DNA from: Candidatus Wolframiiraptor sinensis
Lineage (GTDB): Archaea; Thermoproteota; Nitrososphaeria_A; Caldarchaeales; Wolframiiraptoraceae
Length of the DNA: 20,116 bases
Assembly: GCA_023261815.1 (NCBI GenBank)
Contig: JALNKA010000016.1
Span: forward strand, 1-20,116
Reading direction: 5' to 3'
Shown: in pieces, positions 8,994 to 17,066 of the stretch
How the letters are laid out: each line of letters starts with the position of its first letter
How positions within the stretch are numbered: position 1 is the stretch's first letter
Notes under the pieces: generated by a model
The model's input: only the letters and a program-made list of their open reading frames with translations
What the model was told of the DNA's origin: nothing
Databases searched by the model: none
Program-made: the position numbers and the translations under genes

Positions 8994-9800
8994 ATGACGC
9001 TCGACCTGCTCGCGCTGATCTACTTATCAGCCGCGGCGAACGGCCTTCTAGTCGGGGCCATAAGCCTGCCCCTCATAATCTCCAGGAGCACGCTATTCGC
9101 CCTCACGATAACGCACGCAGTTCTCGGCGGAGCGATACTCGGGATATACGTGAACGAGGTGCTCGGAGTGGGCTTGCCGGTTCAGCTGACGGCATTTCTC
9201 GTCGCGCTAATGCTCTCGATACTCGTCGCGGAATTATCCGAGAAATTCTTCTCCGAGGACGTCTCAATAGCTCTCGCCGTCGCCCTCGCAACCACGATAA
9301 CCGTGGTATTCAGCTACCTCCTCGCTCGAATCTCGCCAGCAGGCTTATCGCAGGCCTGGTCATATGTTGCCGGAACCTCGGCGGTGGCTACGCTCAGCGA
9401 CCTTCAAAGGACGCTGAGTAGCCTGGCCATAATCGTGCCTCTTATTCACATGACGAGCGGCGAGATAAAGTACATATCGTTCGACAGAGATGGGGCCGCG
9501 GCGCTGGGCCTGAACACGAGGGCATATCGCTACCTCTTCTTCGCGCTCGGATCTCTTGCAGCATCAACGCTCTCGATGAGCATGGGCGTCCTCGCCACCC
9601 ACGTTCTCCTAGCGATACCGGGAGCAATAGCGGTCAAGCTATTCCGGAGAAAGCTTTTCACCGCGTCATACCTGTCGGCGGCATGCCTCAGCCTTGGGGG
9701 CTACGCGCTCGCCCAGGCACTAAATATCCCGCCGAGCGGCGGCATCGGAATACTCTCGGCAATAGCTATTCTCGGGATGGTGGTGGCGCGTGAGGCGTAG
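8994..9800 (+). CDS. Zn/Mn ABC transporter permease (ZnuB/ABC-3 family)
   Basis: Highly hydrophobic, with ITHAVLGG and ISFDRDGAAALGL motifs; in an operon with the binding protein and ATPase. Confidence 0.9.
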   Translation: MTLDLLALIYLSAAANGLLVGAISLPLIISRSTLFALTITHAVLGGAILGIYVNEVLGVGLPVQLTAFLVALMLSILVAELSEKFFSEDVSIALAVALATTITVVFSYLLARISPAGLSQAWSYVAGTSAVATLSDLQRTLSSLAIIVPLIHMTSGEIKYISFDRDGAAALGLNTRAYRYLFFALGSLAASTLSMSMGVLATHVLLAIPGAIAVKLFRRKLFTASYLSAACLSLGGYALAQALNIPPSGGIGILSAIAILGMVVAREA

Positions 9801-10275
9801 GGCGCCGAGGCTCAGCCCAAGGGCGATAGAATACCTCCTCTCGATTCTGGAGAGGGCCAGGCATAAGGGCTATGCGAGGCAGTACGAGCTCATCGAGGAT
9901 CTCGGGGTCTCGAAGCCGACCGCGTCTCTCATGGTGAAGAAGCTTAGAAGGGCTGGATACCTGGAGGTTGAGGGCGAGAAGATTAGGCTCAGCGAGGGGG
10001 GTTTGAAGCTGGTGCGGGAGCTGGCTTGGAGACATGGGGTGATAGAGATAGCATTATTCGAGCTAGGCCTCTCGCGTGAGGGAGCATGCAGGATAGCGTG
10101 GAGAATCGCTCAAGAGATACCGGCTGAGGATATTGAACGCATCTGGATAAGGCTTGGCTCGCCGAGATCATGCCCCTGCGGGCACCAGGTCCCGATGACC
10201 GGCAATTGGGCTGGCGACCGGATGATTGAGACGTGCGTGGCCTTTAGGGCTGGCCGACGGCTTGAGCGGCCTTAA
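9790..10275 (+). CDS. DtxR/MntR family metal-dependent transcriptional regulator
   Basis: Contains EYLLSI...ELIEDLGVSKPTASLMVKKL...GYL (HTH), RHGVIE and a P-x-x-CPCGH tail similar to the CPHG motif of this family; last gene of the metal ABC operon. Confidence 0.88.
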   Translation: MRRRAPRLSPRAIEYLLSILERARHKGYARQYELIEDLGVSKPTASLMVKKLRRAGYLEVEGEKIRLSEGGLKLVRELAWRHGVIEIALFELGLSREGACRIAWRIAQEIPAEDIERIWIRLGSPRSCPCGHQVPMTGNWAGDRMIETCVAFRAGRRLERP

Positions 10276-10504
10276 GCGCCAGTATCGCTGAGGCGATTAT
10301 ATCATCGAGCGTCGTGAGGAGAGAGGCTATCGGCCTCCTCGTCCTGACCGCAAAGACTATCTCACCGTTGCTCATTCTCGCGGATAGCTTTATGCCTCTC
10401 GGAAGCGGCTCATTATCCGGCTGAAGAGCTCTCATGACCAGCTCGGCTGTGGAGCTATCATCAAAGCTCATCCTAATCTTGGCCTCGCATTCGATGATCG
10501 GCAT
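10244..10504 (-). CDS. pcc1: KEOPS complex subunit Pcc1
   Basis: Contains RALQPDN and SLLTTLDD motifs and lies just downstream of the DHH gene, as in the conserved archaeal cluster. ATG 10504 overlaps the DHH stop (TAATG); ATG 10513 is the alternative. Confidence 0.85.
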   Translation of the reverse strand: MPIIECEAKIRMSFDDSSTAELVMRALQPDNEPLPRGIKLSARMSNGEIVFAVRTRRPIASLLTTLDDIIASAILALKAAQAVGQP

Positions 10505-11958
10505 TATATCCATCCATACCTCACCCTCGATAACTCTTCTTCAACTGCTCTATCGAGCTCGAGTATGAAGAGGGCTTTCCGGGTCTTAGGTATGCTTGCT
10601 CCAGCCGCGATATCATGCCCGCCGCCCCTCCCGCCGACCAGCTCAGCGACGCTTGCGAGAAGTCTGCCCAGGTTCACGCCCATCTCAACGAGCTTTCTCG
10701 GGGCCCTGGCCGAGACCTTTATCGAATCCTCCGACTGAGCGAGCGCGACCAAGATCCTCTTATCGCCCTGAACTCCCATCGATGATAGCATGGAGGCAAC
10801 CGAGCTTATCAGACGGTCGTCTATCACGCCTCCGCCATCTATCACGAGCAGGTTCTTCAGTTCCTGCCTATTCTCATCCCTCATCGCGTAGTCTATCGCC
10901 TCCGCCAGCCTCCTCCTATAATCCTCGAGCACCCTCTGAGCCTCTTCCAGAAGCGCGCCGCGGCTCCCCATCGCTATCGAGATGCCAAGCCACTCATTAC
11001 CAGTCTTGCCGCATGCGTTCAGCAGCGATGCGAACTCCCTCGCATCCCTCAAGTAAGTCCAAGGCTCTTCCATTGTCAATTCATAGACTTTTCCGATAAC
11101 ATCTCTCGCCATGCTGGGCGGAAGCCCCAGCGACGCCAGGTACTTCAGTATTCCATTGTAGAGCTGCTTCTTCTCGTCTTCGGATAGCTCTGATAATACG
11201 CGCCATCTATCATCCTCCTTCACCCTTATCCCTATCTCAGTTAGGAGGCCGTAGGCGTTCGCCTCATTGCCTGAGATCCCGACGATGAACGGGTTCATTG
11301 TGCTCGCCATAGCGACGTGTATCGGCTTGCTGCTCCTCCCGTAGAAGAGAAGATCCTCCTCAACCCTCAGTAATCCAGCCTTCACGGCATCCTCCACTAT
11401 CCTCTCATTGAAGCCGTGAAGGCCTCGGCCATCAGCTCTATCCTGCATGTCCCCGAGAGCTCCTGTCACGGCGATCGGCGAGAGGATTATGTTCTCCTCA
11501 TTCAGCGCCTTCGCGACCAGATATGCCACGCCAGCCCCACTAACCTCCTCAGATCCGTTTATGCCGTAAAGATGGGGATTGAGCTGAATCACGTTCTCGG
11601 GTGCGGAGCTCATTGGCTCATGATGATCCAAGATTATGATGGGCCTATTCAGCGAGAGCCTGGATATTTCATCCAGGTAGCCGCTTCCCATATCGACGAG
11701 GAGGGGGATATACGATGCCGGGAGATCCGCGAGATGTCTCAGCGCATCATCGAACTCTCCGACCGCCCTCGTAGCGAACCTCGCGTTTTCTCTCAATAAC
11801 GCGGCCGAAGCAATCGCGCCCGAGGAAAGCCCATCAGCATCCACGTGACATAATACTAGAAACTTGCCGCCTTCATCGATCAGCGATCTTATTCGCTCAG
11901 CTACCTCCTCGACTTTCGAGAGAAATCCCTTCTCATCCCTGAACCGGTCCAAAGTCAT
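10504..11958 (-). CDS. DHH family phosphoesterase, archaeal RecJ/Cdc45-like
   Basis: Contains HVDADG, LVDMGSG, ILDHHEP, GALGD and DHHA1 GGGHDIAAGA; syntenic with rps15 and pcc1. Confidence 0.93.
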   Translation of the reverse strand: MTLDRFRDEKGFLSKVEEVAERIRSLIDEGGKFLVLCHVDADGLSSGAIASAALLRENARFATRAVGEFDDALRHLADLPASYIPLLVDMGSGYLDEISRLSLNRPIIILDHHEPMSSAPENVIQLNPHLYGINGSEEVSGAGVAYLVAKALNEENIILSPIAVTGALGDMQDRADGRGLHGFNERIVEDAVKAGLLRVEEDLLFYGRSSKPIHVAMASTMNPFIVGISGNEANAYGLLTEIGIRVKEDDRWRVLSELSEDEKKQLYNGILKYLASLGLPPSMARDVIGKVYELTMEEPWTYLRDAREFASLLNACGKTGNEWLGISIAMGSRGALLEEAQRVLEDYRRRLAEAIDYAMRDENRQELKNLLVIDGGGVIDDRLISSVASMLSSMGVQGDKRILVALAQSEDSIKVSARAPRKLVEMGVNLGRLLASVAELVGGRGGGHDIAAGASIPKTRKALFILELDRAVEEELSRVRYGWI

Positions 11959-12107
11959 TAGCCATCAATCTTGAGCTATGGAAACTAAAATGGTTTACTC
12001 CCTTTAGGCTGCGCGAGGAGCGCGTTCCGCAAAATCTTGTCGCTGAGGGGTCTCATGAATTATGGGAAAGCATTGCTGATTGTGCTGGAATCGATCCTGC
12101 TCGCGGG

Positions 12108-12554
12108 TTACCTGTAAGCATATACGAGCTCCGGTTCCCAGTCTGGTGGAAGCTCGCCGACCCGTTTATAGTACTTGACGAGCCTATGTATTTTCGCCTC
12201 AACGAGCTGGAGCCTATGCCTATTGTATTTATCGCCCTTATGCTTGCTTAGATGCACCCTCATCCTCCTAGCCCTCCTGAGCAGGTTCTCGAGGTCCTCG
12301 GGGATCTGGGGCATTAGATTATTCTCCTTCAATATTTGCATTATCGTCTTACCGGTTACCTGCTTGACTAGTGGAACGCCGTGCTGATCGCGAAGGATTA
12401 CGCCTATCATGCTGGGCGGATAACCCTCCTTAGCATACTTGACTACTAGGGCTTCAACCTCCTCCGGTGTAAGCTTGACCCATGATGGGGGAGCCTTGCT
12501 GAGCGGCCTCTTCGAGCCAGACTTTCCCCGCCTCCTAGCATGCATCCTGGCCAT
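12108..12554 (-). CDS. rps15: 30S ribosomal protein S15 (uS15/S13e type)
   Basis: Contains [34 protein letters not shown] and [12 protein letters not shown]; GGAGG ribosome-binding site upstream. Confidence 0.98.
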   Translation of the reverse strand: MARMHARRRGKSGSKRPLSKAPPSWVKLTPEEVEALVVKYAKEGYPPSMIGVILRDQHGVPLVKQVTGKTIMQILKENNLMPQIPEDLENLLRRARRMRVHLSKHKGDKYNRHRLQLVEAKIHRLVKYYKRVGELPPDWEPELVYAYR

Positions 12555-12661
12555 GCGCTGGCCTCCTGATCAAGGCCCCCAGCCCTGACTAAAAAACATT
12601 ATAACCCATGGAGGGTCCGGGCAAGATTAAAATGAGCGCTGGGTTTTCCCTCGGATGAGTC

Positions 12662-13136
12662 TTGGTATCAAGCGTGATCATCTGCTGCTCGGTTCATAGG
12701 GGGAACACGCTCAAGGTTGCCAGGGTTATCAGCCAGATCCTGGACACCCGGATCTATAGGCCCGAAGAACTCGACCCTGTGGAGACCACCGAGAAATATC
12801 AGCTAATTGGGCTCGGGTCTGGGATATATTATGGCAAGTCTCATCCCTCGATCCTCAAATTCGCTGAGAGGTTCCCCCAGCGTCCGGGAAAAATATGCGT
12901 TCGTGTTCTTGACGAGCGGTCTCCCAAGGATGCCGGTCTTCCACGATTATCATAAACCCCTGCTCGCCATTCTTGTTAGGAAGGGCTTCAAGGTGATTGG
13001 GGAGTTCAGCTGCAGAGGCCATAATCTTCATGGTGCCCTGAGGTGAATTGGCGGGATGAATAAGGGCAGGCCGAGCGCCGCGGATCTGGAGAGGGCGAGA
13101 CAGTTCGCTGGGAACATTCTCAGGAGGCTGGCTTAA
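12662..13136 (+). pseudogene. Flavodoxin family protein, disrupted by a +1 frameshift in an A5 run near 12888-12893 and an in-frame TGA at 13044-13046
   Basis: SVHRGNTLKVA and IGLGSGIYYGK are in frame A; KYAFVFLTSG...IGEFSCRG is in frame B. Past the TGA the frame continues IGGMNKGRPSAADLERARQFA to TAA at 13134-13136. Confidence 0.85.
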
Positions 13137-13178
13137 AGCTGGACGTTTAAATGGTGCCCGGGCCAATCGAGCTGGTGG

Positions 13179-14480
13179 ATGGCTTTCTGGATAGGGCTCG
13201 ATGACACGGATTCGAGGAAGGCCGGCTGCACCACTTACGTGGCGGCTGTAGCCATGAGAAGGCTCGAGGCCCTCGGCGCGAGGATAGTCGGATATCCCAG
13301 GCTCATTAGGCTTAACCCGAGCTGCCCTTACAAGACGCGGGGTAACGCCGCGATCGCCTTCAAAGTTGAGGGAATCGAGCTGGAGAGAGCCGAGGAGCTG
13401 ATGAGGAGCGTTGTCGAGGAGCTCTCGGAGCTGGATGAGGGTGCTGAGACCGGGATCGTGTTCTTGGAGGGCGAGCCCGATGAAAGGCTGAGAAGCTTCT
13501 ACTGGAGGGCTGTTCGCGAGCTGGTGTCTCTTGATGATGGCTTCAAGGTCGCTGAAGAAGCGGAGGCCAAGCTCATCTACTATGGTAGTGGCAGGGGGAT
13601 CATAGGAGCATTAGCCGCGATAGGAGCTGATCTAAGCCTTGGGAAAACCTACGAGCTCATTGCTCATAGGCGGAGAGAGTACTGGGGCACAGTCAGGAGA
13701 ATTGACCCGGTCTCAGTCCTCGAGCTCGATGAAGCCACCAGACCGTATACATTCGATAACATTGATCCGGAGAGCGGCGAGATCAGGATAGCCCCCCACA
13801 CACCATGCCCAGTCCTCTTCGGGATAAGGGGAGTTGACCCCGAGATATTCGAGAAGGCGCTCAAGATCATCCGCGTATACGAGCCCATAGAATTCGTGAC
13901 CATCTTCGAGACGAATCAGGCGACTGACGTCCATTATCAGAGGCTCGGGATCAGGGATCTCAGGGATGGAGTATGCGCGGTGGTCGAGGGCGTCGTGACT
14001 ATGCAGCCGAGGGCGAATGTGGGCGGCCACGTCTTCTTCAAACTCGGAGATGGCAATGGGGAGATATGGTGCGCGGCCTACGAGCCGACGAAAAGCTTCA
14101 GAAAGCTGATCCTGCAGCTGATCCCAGGCGATGAGGTCGTCGCGTATGGCGCGGTTAAGCAGAAGCCCCAAGGGCTAACGCTCAACCTGGAGAAGATTTA
14201 CATCAGGAGGCTCGCGGAGAAGATCGTTGAGAGGTCGCCGAAATGCCCGGAATGCGGCAAGAGAATGACGTCGATGGGAGGAAGTAAGGGGTTCAAGTGT
14301 AGGAGATGCGGGGCCAAGCTGCCCGAGGAATACAAAGAAATAAGTAGAGTTCCTAGAGCGATTAAGCCCGGTTTCTATGAGGTGCCGCCATCCGCGCGAA
14401 GGCATTTGGCGAGACCGCTGATGCTCGATGAGCTACTCCGAGATAACGAGCATCGTCAAGGTGCTTCTAACCTTATCTAG
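13179..14480 (+). CDS. tiaS: tRNA(Ile2) 2-agmatinylcytidine synthetase
   Basis: Contains IGLDDTDS..GCTTY, LIRLNP..PYKTRGN, GRGIIGALAAIG, PHTPCPVLFGIRG, TNQATD, an OB fold (GGHVF, AAYEPT), a CPEC...CRRC zinc ribbon and RRHLARP. Confidence 0.96.
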   Translation: MAFWIGLDDTDSRKAGCTTYVAAVAMRRLEALGARIVGYPRLIRLNPSCPYKTRGNAAIAFKVEGIELERAEELMRSVVEELSELDEGAETGIVFLEGEPDERLRSFYWRAVRELVSLDDGFKVAEEAEAKLIYYGSGRGIIGALAAIGADLSLGKTYELIAHRRREYWGTVRRIDPVSVLELDEATRPYTFDNIDPESGEIRIAPHTPCPVLFGIRGVDPEIFEKALKIIRVYEPIEFVTIFETNQATDVHYQRLGIRDLRDGVCAVVEGVVTMQPRANVGGHVFFKLGDGNGEIWCAAYEPTKSFRKLILQLIPGDEVVAYGAVKQKPQGLTLNLEKIYIRRLAEKIVERSPKCPECGKRMTSMGGSKGFKCRRCGAKLPEEYKEISRVPRAIKPGFYEVPPSARRHLARPLMLDELLRDNEHRQGASNLI

Positions 14481-14703
14481 CCTCCGTGTGAGGGCGCCCG
14501 GATGGGTATCAGGCCCGGAGCGCTATCCTCCAGGAGATTACCTCCTTAAGCTCATCCATGGTGCCTGCCTCGACCTTCGCTATTATGTCGTATACGCCGT
14601 AAACCGCATAAGCCTCCTTCACGTTGGGAATCTTCTTCAACTCCTTGAGAATCTCCTCCTCGCAGCCTATCTCGGTATTAACTAGGACGAATGCCGTAGG
14701 CAT
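14433..14703 (-). CDS. Stand-alone Lrp/AsnC ligand-binding (RAM) domain protein with two exons, join(14703..14525, 14487..14433), 77 aa
   Basis: Exon 1 encodes MPTAFVLVNTEIG...AYAVYGVYDIIAKVEA...EVISWRI. The expected C-terminus RRLDKVRSTLTMLVISE* lies 37 nt downstream in a shifted frame, and removing the BHB-bounded insert joins them in frame. Confidence 0.9.
14488..14524 (-). other. 37-nt archaeal bulge-helix-bulge intron in a protein-coding gene
   Basis: RNA reads ...CUCCUG GAGG AU^A GCGC UCCGG gccugauacccau CCGG GCGC CCUC AC^A CGGAG... This is a 4-bp helix (GAGG/CCUC) with two 3-nt bulges (AUA, ACA), an intron stem (GCGC/GCGC plus CCGG/CCGG) and an exon stem (CUCC-G/C-GGAG). Confidence 0.88.
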
Positions 14704-14726
14704 GATTTCAAATCTGCGACCCTGGG

Positions 14727-14733
14727 TAATAAA
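14727..14733 (-). promoter_or_regulatory. TATA box of the Lrp/AsnC gene
   Basis: TTTATTA on the minus strand ends 23 nt upstream of ATG 14703, suggesting a leaderless transcript. Confidence 0.55.
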
Positions 14734-14738
14734 TCTTG

Positions 14739-14770
14739 TTAATGATCAAATTAATGGTCAAAGTATGATC
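14739..14770. repeat. Tandem 12-bp direct repeat TTAATG(A/G)TCAAA x2 plus a partial third copy (GTATGATC)
   Basis: ttaatgatcaaa at 14739-14750, ttaatggtcaaa at 14751-14762 and gtatgatc at 14763-14770. Confidence 0.6.
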
Positions 14771-14804
14771 TGTTGAAGAGGGCTGGAGCTGTTGGATTTC
14801 TGGC

Positions 14805-15044
14805 TCACTGGGCTTCGGGGGCTTCCACGGCTTCTGCCTCCTCGAGCTCTTTCTCGAAGCTTCTTCTTACGAGGTTCGTAATATAGCCGGCGACCTTATT
14901 TCTGATCTTCTTGGAGACCTGCCCCGTGAGTACCTGGGATACTAAAAGCTTATTAAGCTCAAAATCCGCGGAAACCTTATCCGGGAACCTCTCGATAACC
15001 TCCTTCGCCAGAACCTTAATCTTCCGGATCTTCACGCGTCCCAT
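14805..15044 (-). CDS. rps17e: 30S ribosomal protein S17e (eS17)
   Basis: MGRVKIRKIK..AKEVIERFP...DFELNK...SKKIRNKVAGYIT; ATG 15044 gives the canonical MGRV start. Confidence 0.96.
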   Translation of the reverse strand: MGRVKIRKIKVLAKEVIERFPDKVSADFELNKLLVSQVLTGQVSKKIRNKVAGYITNLVRRSFEKELEEAEAVEAPEAQ

Positions 15045-15210
15045 GCTCTCAGGCTTAAATTTCAATCAAAGCCCTCCACGATAAATAGCTTCTTCGGAAA
15101 AATTTTTAGGAGATAAGGGGCTCGGGCCGAGAGCCTTTTTACCCGCAAGTTTCTTATACCTTCTTAATCTCCAAGACTTGTGCATAAGGCCTGTACCGGA
15201 GGTGGGGGGT

Positions 15211-15477
15211 GTGCTGACCGCCAGGGGGCATCTTAGGAAGAAGGTTCATGTCAGCGGCAACGTGTACTTCTACATCCACATACCCTCGAAGCTCACGCAT
15301 GATAGCCAGTTTCCCTTCAGCGATGGAGACGAGCTGATAATCTCGGTTGATGCGGCCTCATCCAGGATCATCATAGAGAAGGCGAATAATGGTGAAAGCG
15401 GCCGAGGTGGGAAGAGGTCTCGAGAGAGGATTAATGCCTTAGAGAACGCGCCGCTGCCTGACGCCAAGAGCTCTTGA
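15211..15477 (+). CDS. AbrB/MazE/SpoVT-like small DNA-binding protein
   Basis: YIHIPSKLTHDSQFPFSDGDELIISVD...RIIIEK has a swapped-hairpin pattern; GTG 15211 is preceded by GGAGGTG. Confidence 0.7.
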   Translation: MLTARGHLRKKVHVSGNVYFYIHIPSKLTHDSQFPFSDGDELIISVDAASSRIIIEKANNGESGRGGKRSRERINALENAPLPDAKSS

Positions 15478-15879
15478 CACGCTCTCGCAGACTTCCTCGA
15501 TCGTTCTGGTTATCTTGAAGAGGTGGCTTGGGCAGCGGCAGTCGGATGAGCCGAACCCTTTAATGGCTTTCTGGGAAATCTCCTCCATTAGCCGGGCCAC
15601 CCTGCACTCGTATTCTCTCGGGAGCTCGTAGGCGCATGCTCCCTCGACAATCACCCCCTTATCCACCGTGATGTAATCTATGTGCCATTGCAGCTTCTTC
15701 TCCCTCAACCTGTGCCTCGCTATCCTTTTCTCGAGATTATTCTGGGCTGATCCAACATACGCATATAGCCCTTTCTCCAGCTCGATTTCGCCGAGACCGC
15801 CCACCCTTATCCTCGCATCATCCACGATCCTCAGAAAGAGGATGTAAATGCCCCTCAAGATTCCCGGCGCTCCATTCAT
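15439..15879 (-). CDS. DUF123 / GIY-YIG (Uri superfamily) endonuclease-like protein
   Basis: Contains GIYIL, GLYAYVGSAQ, RIARH, WHIDY, EC and GFGSSDCRCPSHLF. Confidence 0.9.
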   Translation of the reverse strand: MNGAPGILRGIYILFLRIVDDARIRVGGLGEIELEKGLYAYVGSAQNNLEKRIARHRLREKKLQWHIDYITVDKGVIVEGACAYELPREYECRVARLMEEISQKAIKGFGSSDCRCPSHLFKITRTIEEVCESVSRALGVRQRRVL

Positions 15880-15939
15880 CCGCGGCGGGCCTAAATCTTT
15901 ATTATCTCAACCGCACTTGAAGATATTCTGGGAGAATTT

Positions 15940-17001
15940 TTGCAGGTTTCCGGCAAGCCCGCGAGGCTTTACGAGAGGCTTGATGGCGGGGTTACCGTGT
16001 GCAGGGCCTGCCCCAGGTATTGCAGGCTCAAGCCAGGCCAGAGGGGCTTCTGCGGCGTTAGGGGGAATATTGACGGCGTTCTCTACCTCCTGGTCTACGG
16101 TAAGATAATCGCGGCCAACGTTGATCCGATCGAGAAGAAGCCGGTCATGCACTATATGCCCGGGACGAGGGTCTTCTCCATAGCGACTAACGGCTGCAAC
16201 TGGGCTTGCAGATACTGCCAGAATTACGATATTAGCCAGAGGAGGAGGGTTGAGGGCGCGGACGTGAGCCCCGAGATCGTCGTCAAGATGGCTAAGAGAT
16301 ATGGGAGCGAGGGCATAGCCTACACCTATAATGAGCCGACGATCTTCATGGAGTTCGCGCACGACGTCGGCGTGATCGCTAGGAGGGAGGGGCTCTTCAA
16401 CGTCTTTGTCACAAATGGCTATTGGACTCCTGATGCCGTCAGGGAGGCCATGGACTTCCTCGATGCCGCGACCGTGGACTTCAAGGGGAATGCCGATCCC
16501 GATTTCCTGAGAAAGTTCAGCGGCGTCCCGAGCCCCGACCCGATATTCGAGACCCTGCTAGAACTGAGGGATAAGACTAGGATCCACATCGAGGTAACGG
16601 ATCTCGTCGTCCCCAGGATAGGCGATAGCTTGGAGCAGGCTAGAAGGCTCGCCCGCTGGATACACGATAACCTCGGCCCCGACGTGCCGATCCACTTCCT
16701 AAGATTTCACCCGGATTACCTCATGCTGGATCTGCCCGCGACGCCGATCGAGGTTCTCGAGAAGCATTATCACGTCGCCAGGGAGGAGGGGCTGAGATAC
16801 GTCTACCTGGGTAATGTTCCCGGCCACCCGTACGAGAATACAATCTGCCCGGAGTGCGGCCAAGTCGTCGTGGAGCGCTATGGATTCGACATACTCTCTT
16901 GGAACCTCGATGACAAGAATCGTTGCAAGTTCTGCGGCTACCCGATAGCGATCTATGGAAGCCCCTCGCCCAAGGCCCTCGAGCGCAGATTCACGTTCTA
17001 G
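15940..17001 (+). CDS. amrS: AmmeMemoRadiSam system radical SAM enzyme (PflA-like)
   Basis: N-terminal CxxCPxxC...GFCGVR, DPIEKKP, the radical SAM motif CNWACRYCQN, AYTYNEP, RFHPDY, YLGNV and C-terminal CPEC/CKFC. Confidence 0.92.
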   Translation: MQVSGKPARLYERLDGGVTVCRACPRYCRLKPGQRGFCGVRGNIDGVLYLLVYGKIIAANVDPIEKKPVMHYMPGTRVFSIATNGCNWACRYCQNYDISQRRRVEGADVSPEIVVKMAKRYGSEGIAYTYNEPTIFMEFAHDVGVIARREGLFNVFVTNGYWTPDAVREAMDFLDAATVDFKGNADPDFLRKFSGVPSPDPIFETLLELRDKTRIHIEVTDLVVPRIGDSLEQARRLARWIHDNLGPDVPIHFLRFHPDYLMLDLPATPIEVLEKHYHVAREEGLRYVYLGNVPGHPYENTICPECGQVVVERYGFDILSWNLDDKNRCKFCGYPIAIYGSPSPKALERRFTF

Positions 17002-17045
17002 AGCAATCCTTTCCTTTCAATTAAGTTAAGTTCAATCCAAAGGCT

Positions 17046-17063
17046 GAAAGGGAAAAAGAGAGA
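17046..17063 (-). terminator. Pyrimidine/U-rich tract, a candidate archaeal terminator of the BHB/K-turn RNA
   Basis: The minus strand reads TCTCTCTTTTTCCCTTTC directly after the hairpin. Confidence 0.4.
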
Positions 17064-17066
17064 TTG

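Noticed and set aside
1770-13046. UGA recoding (selenocysteine or read-through) at the in-frame TGAs of the CDF and flavodoxin genes
   Set aside because: The positions correspond to non-cysteine residues, both genes also carry frameshifts, and TGA is a normal stop in many intact genes here.
14428-14685. 85-aa plus-strand ORF and other alternative-frame or antisense ORFs in the track (e.g. 2551-2970, 8831-9421, 10596-11099, 13713-14171, 15907-16362)
   Set aside because: They are shadow ORFs overlapping well-supported genes and have no recognisable motifs.
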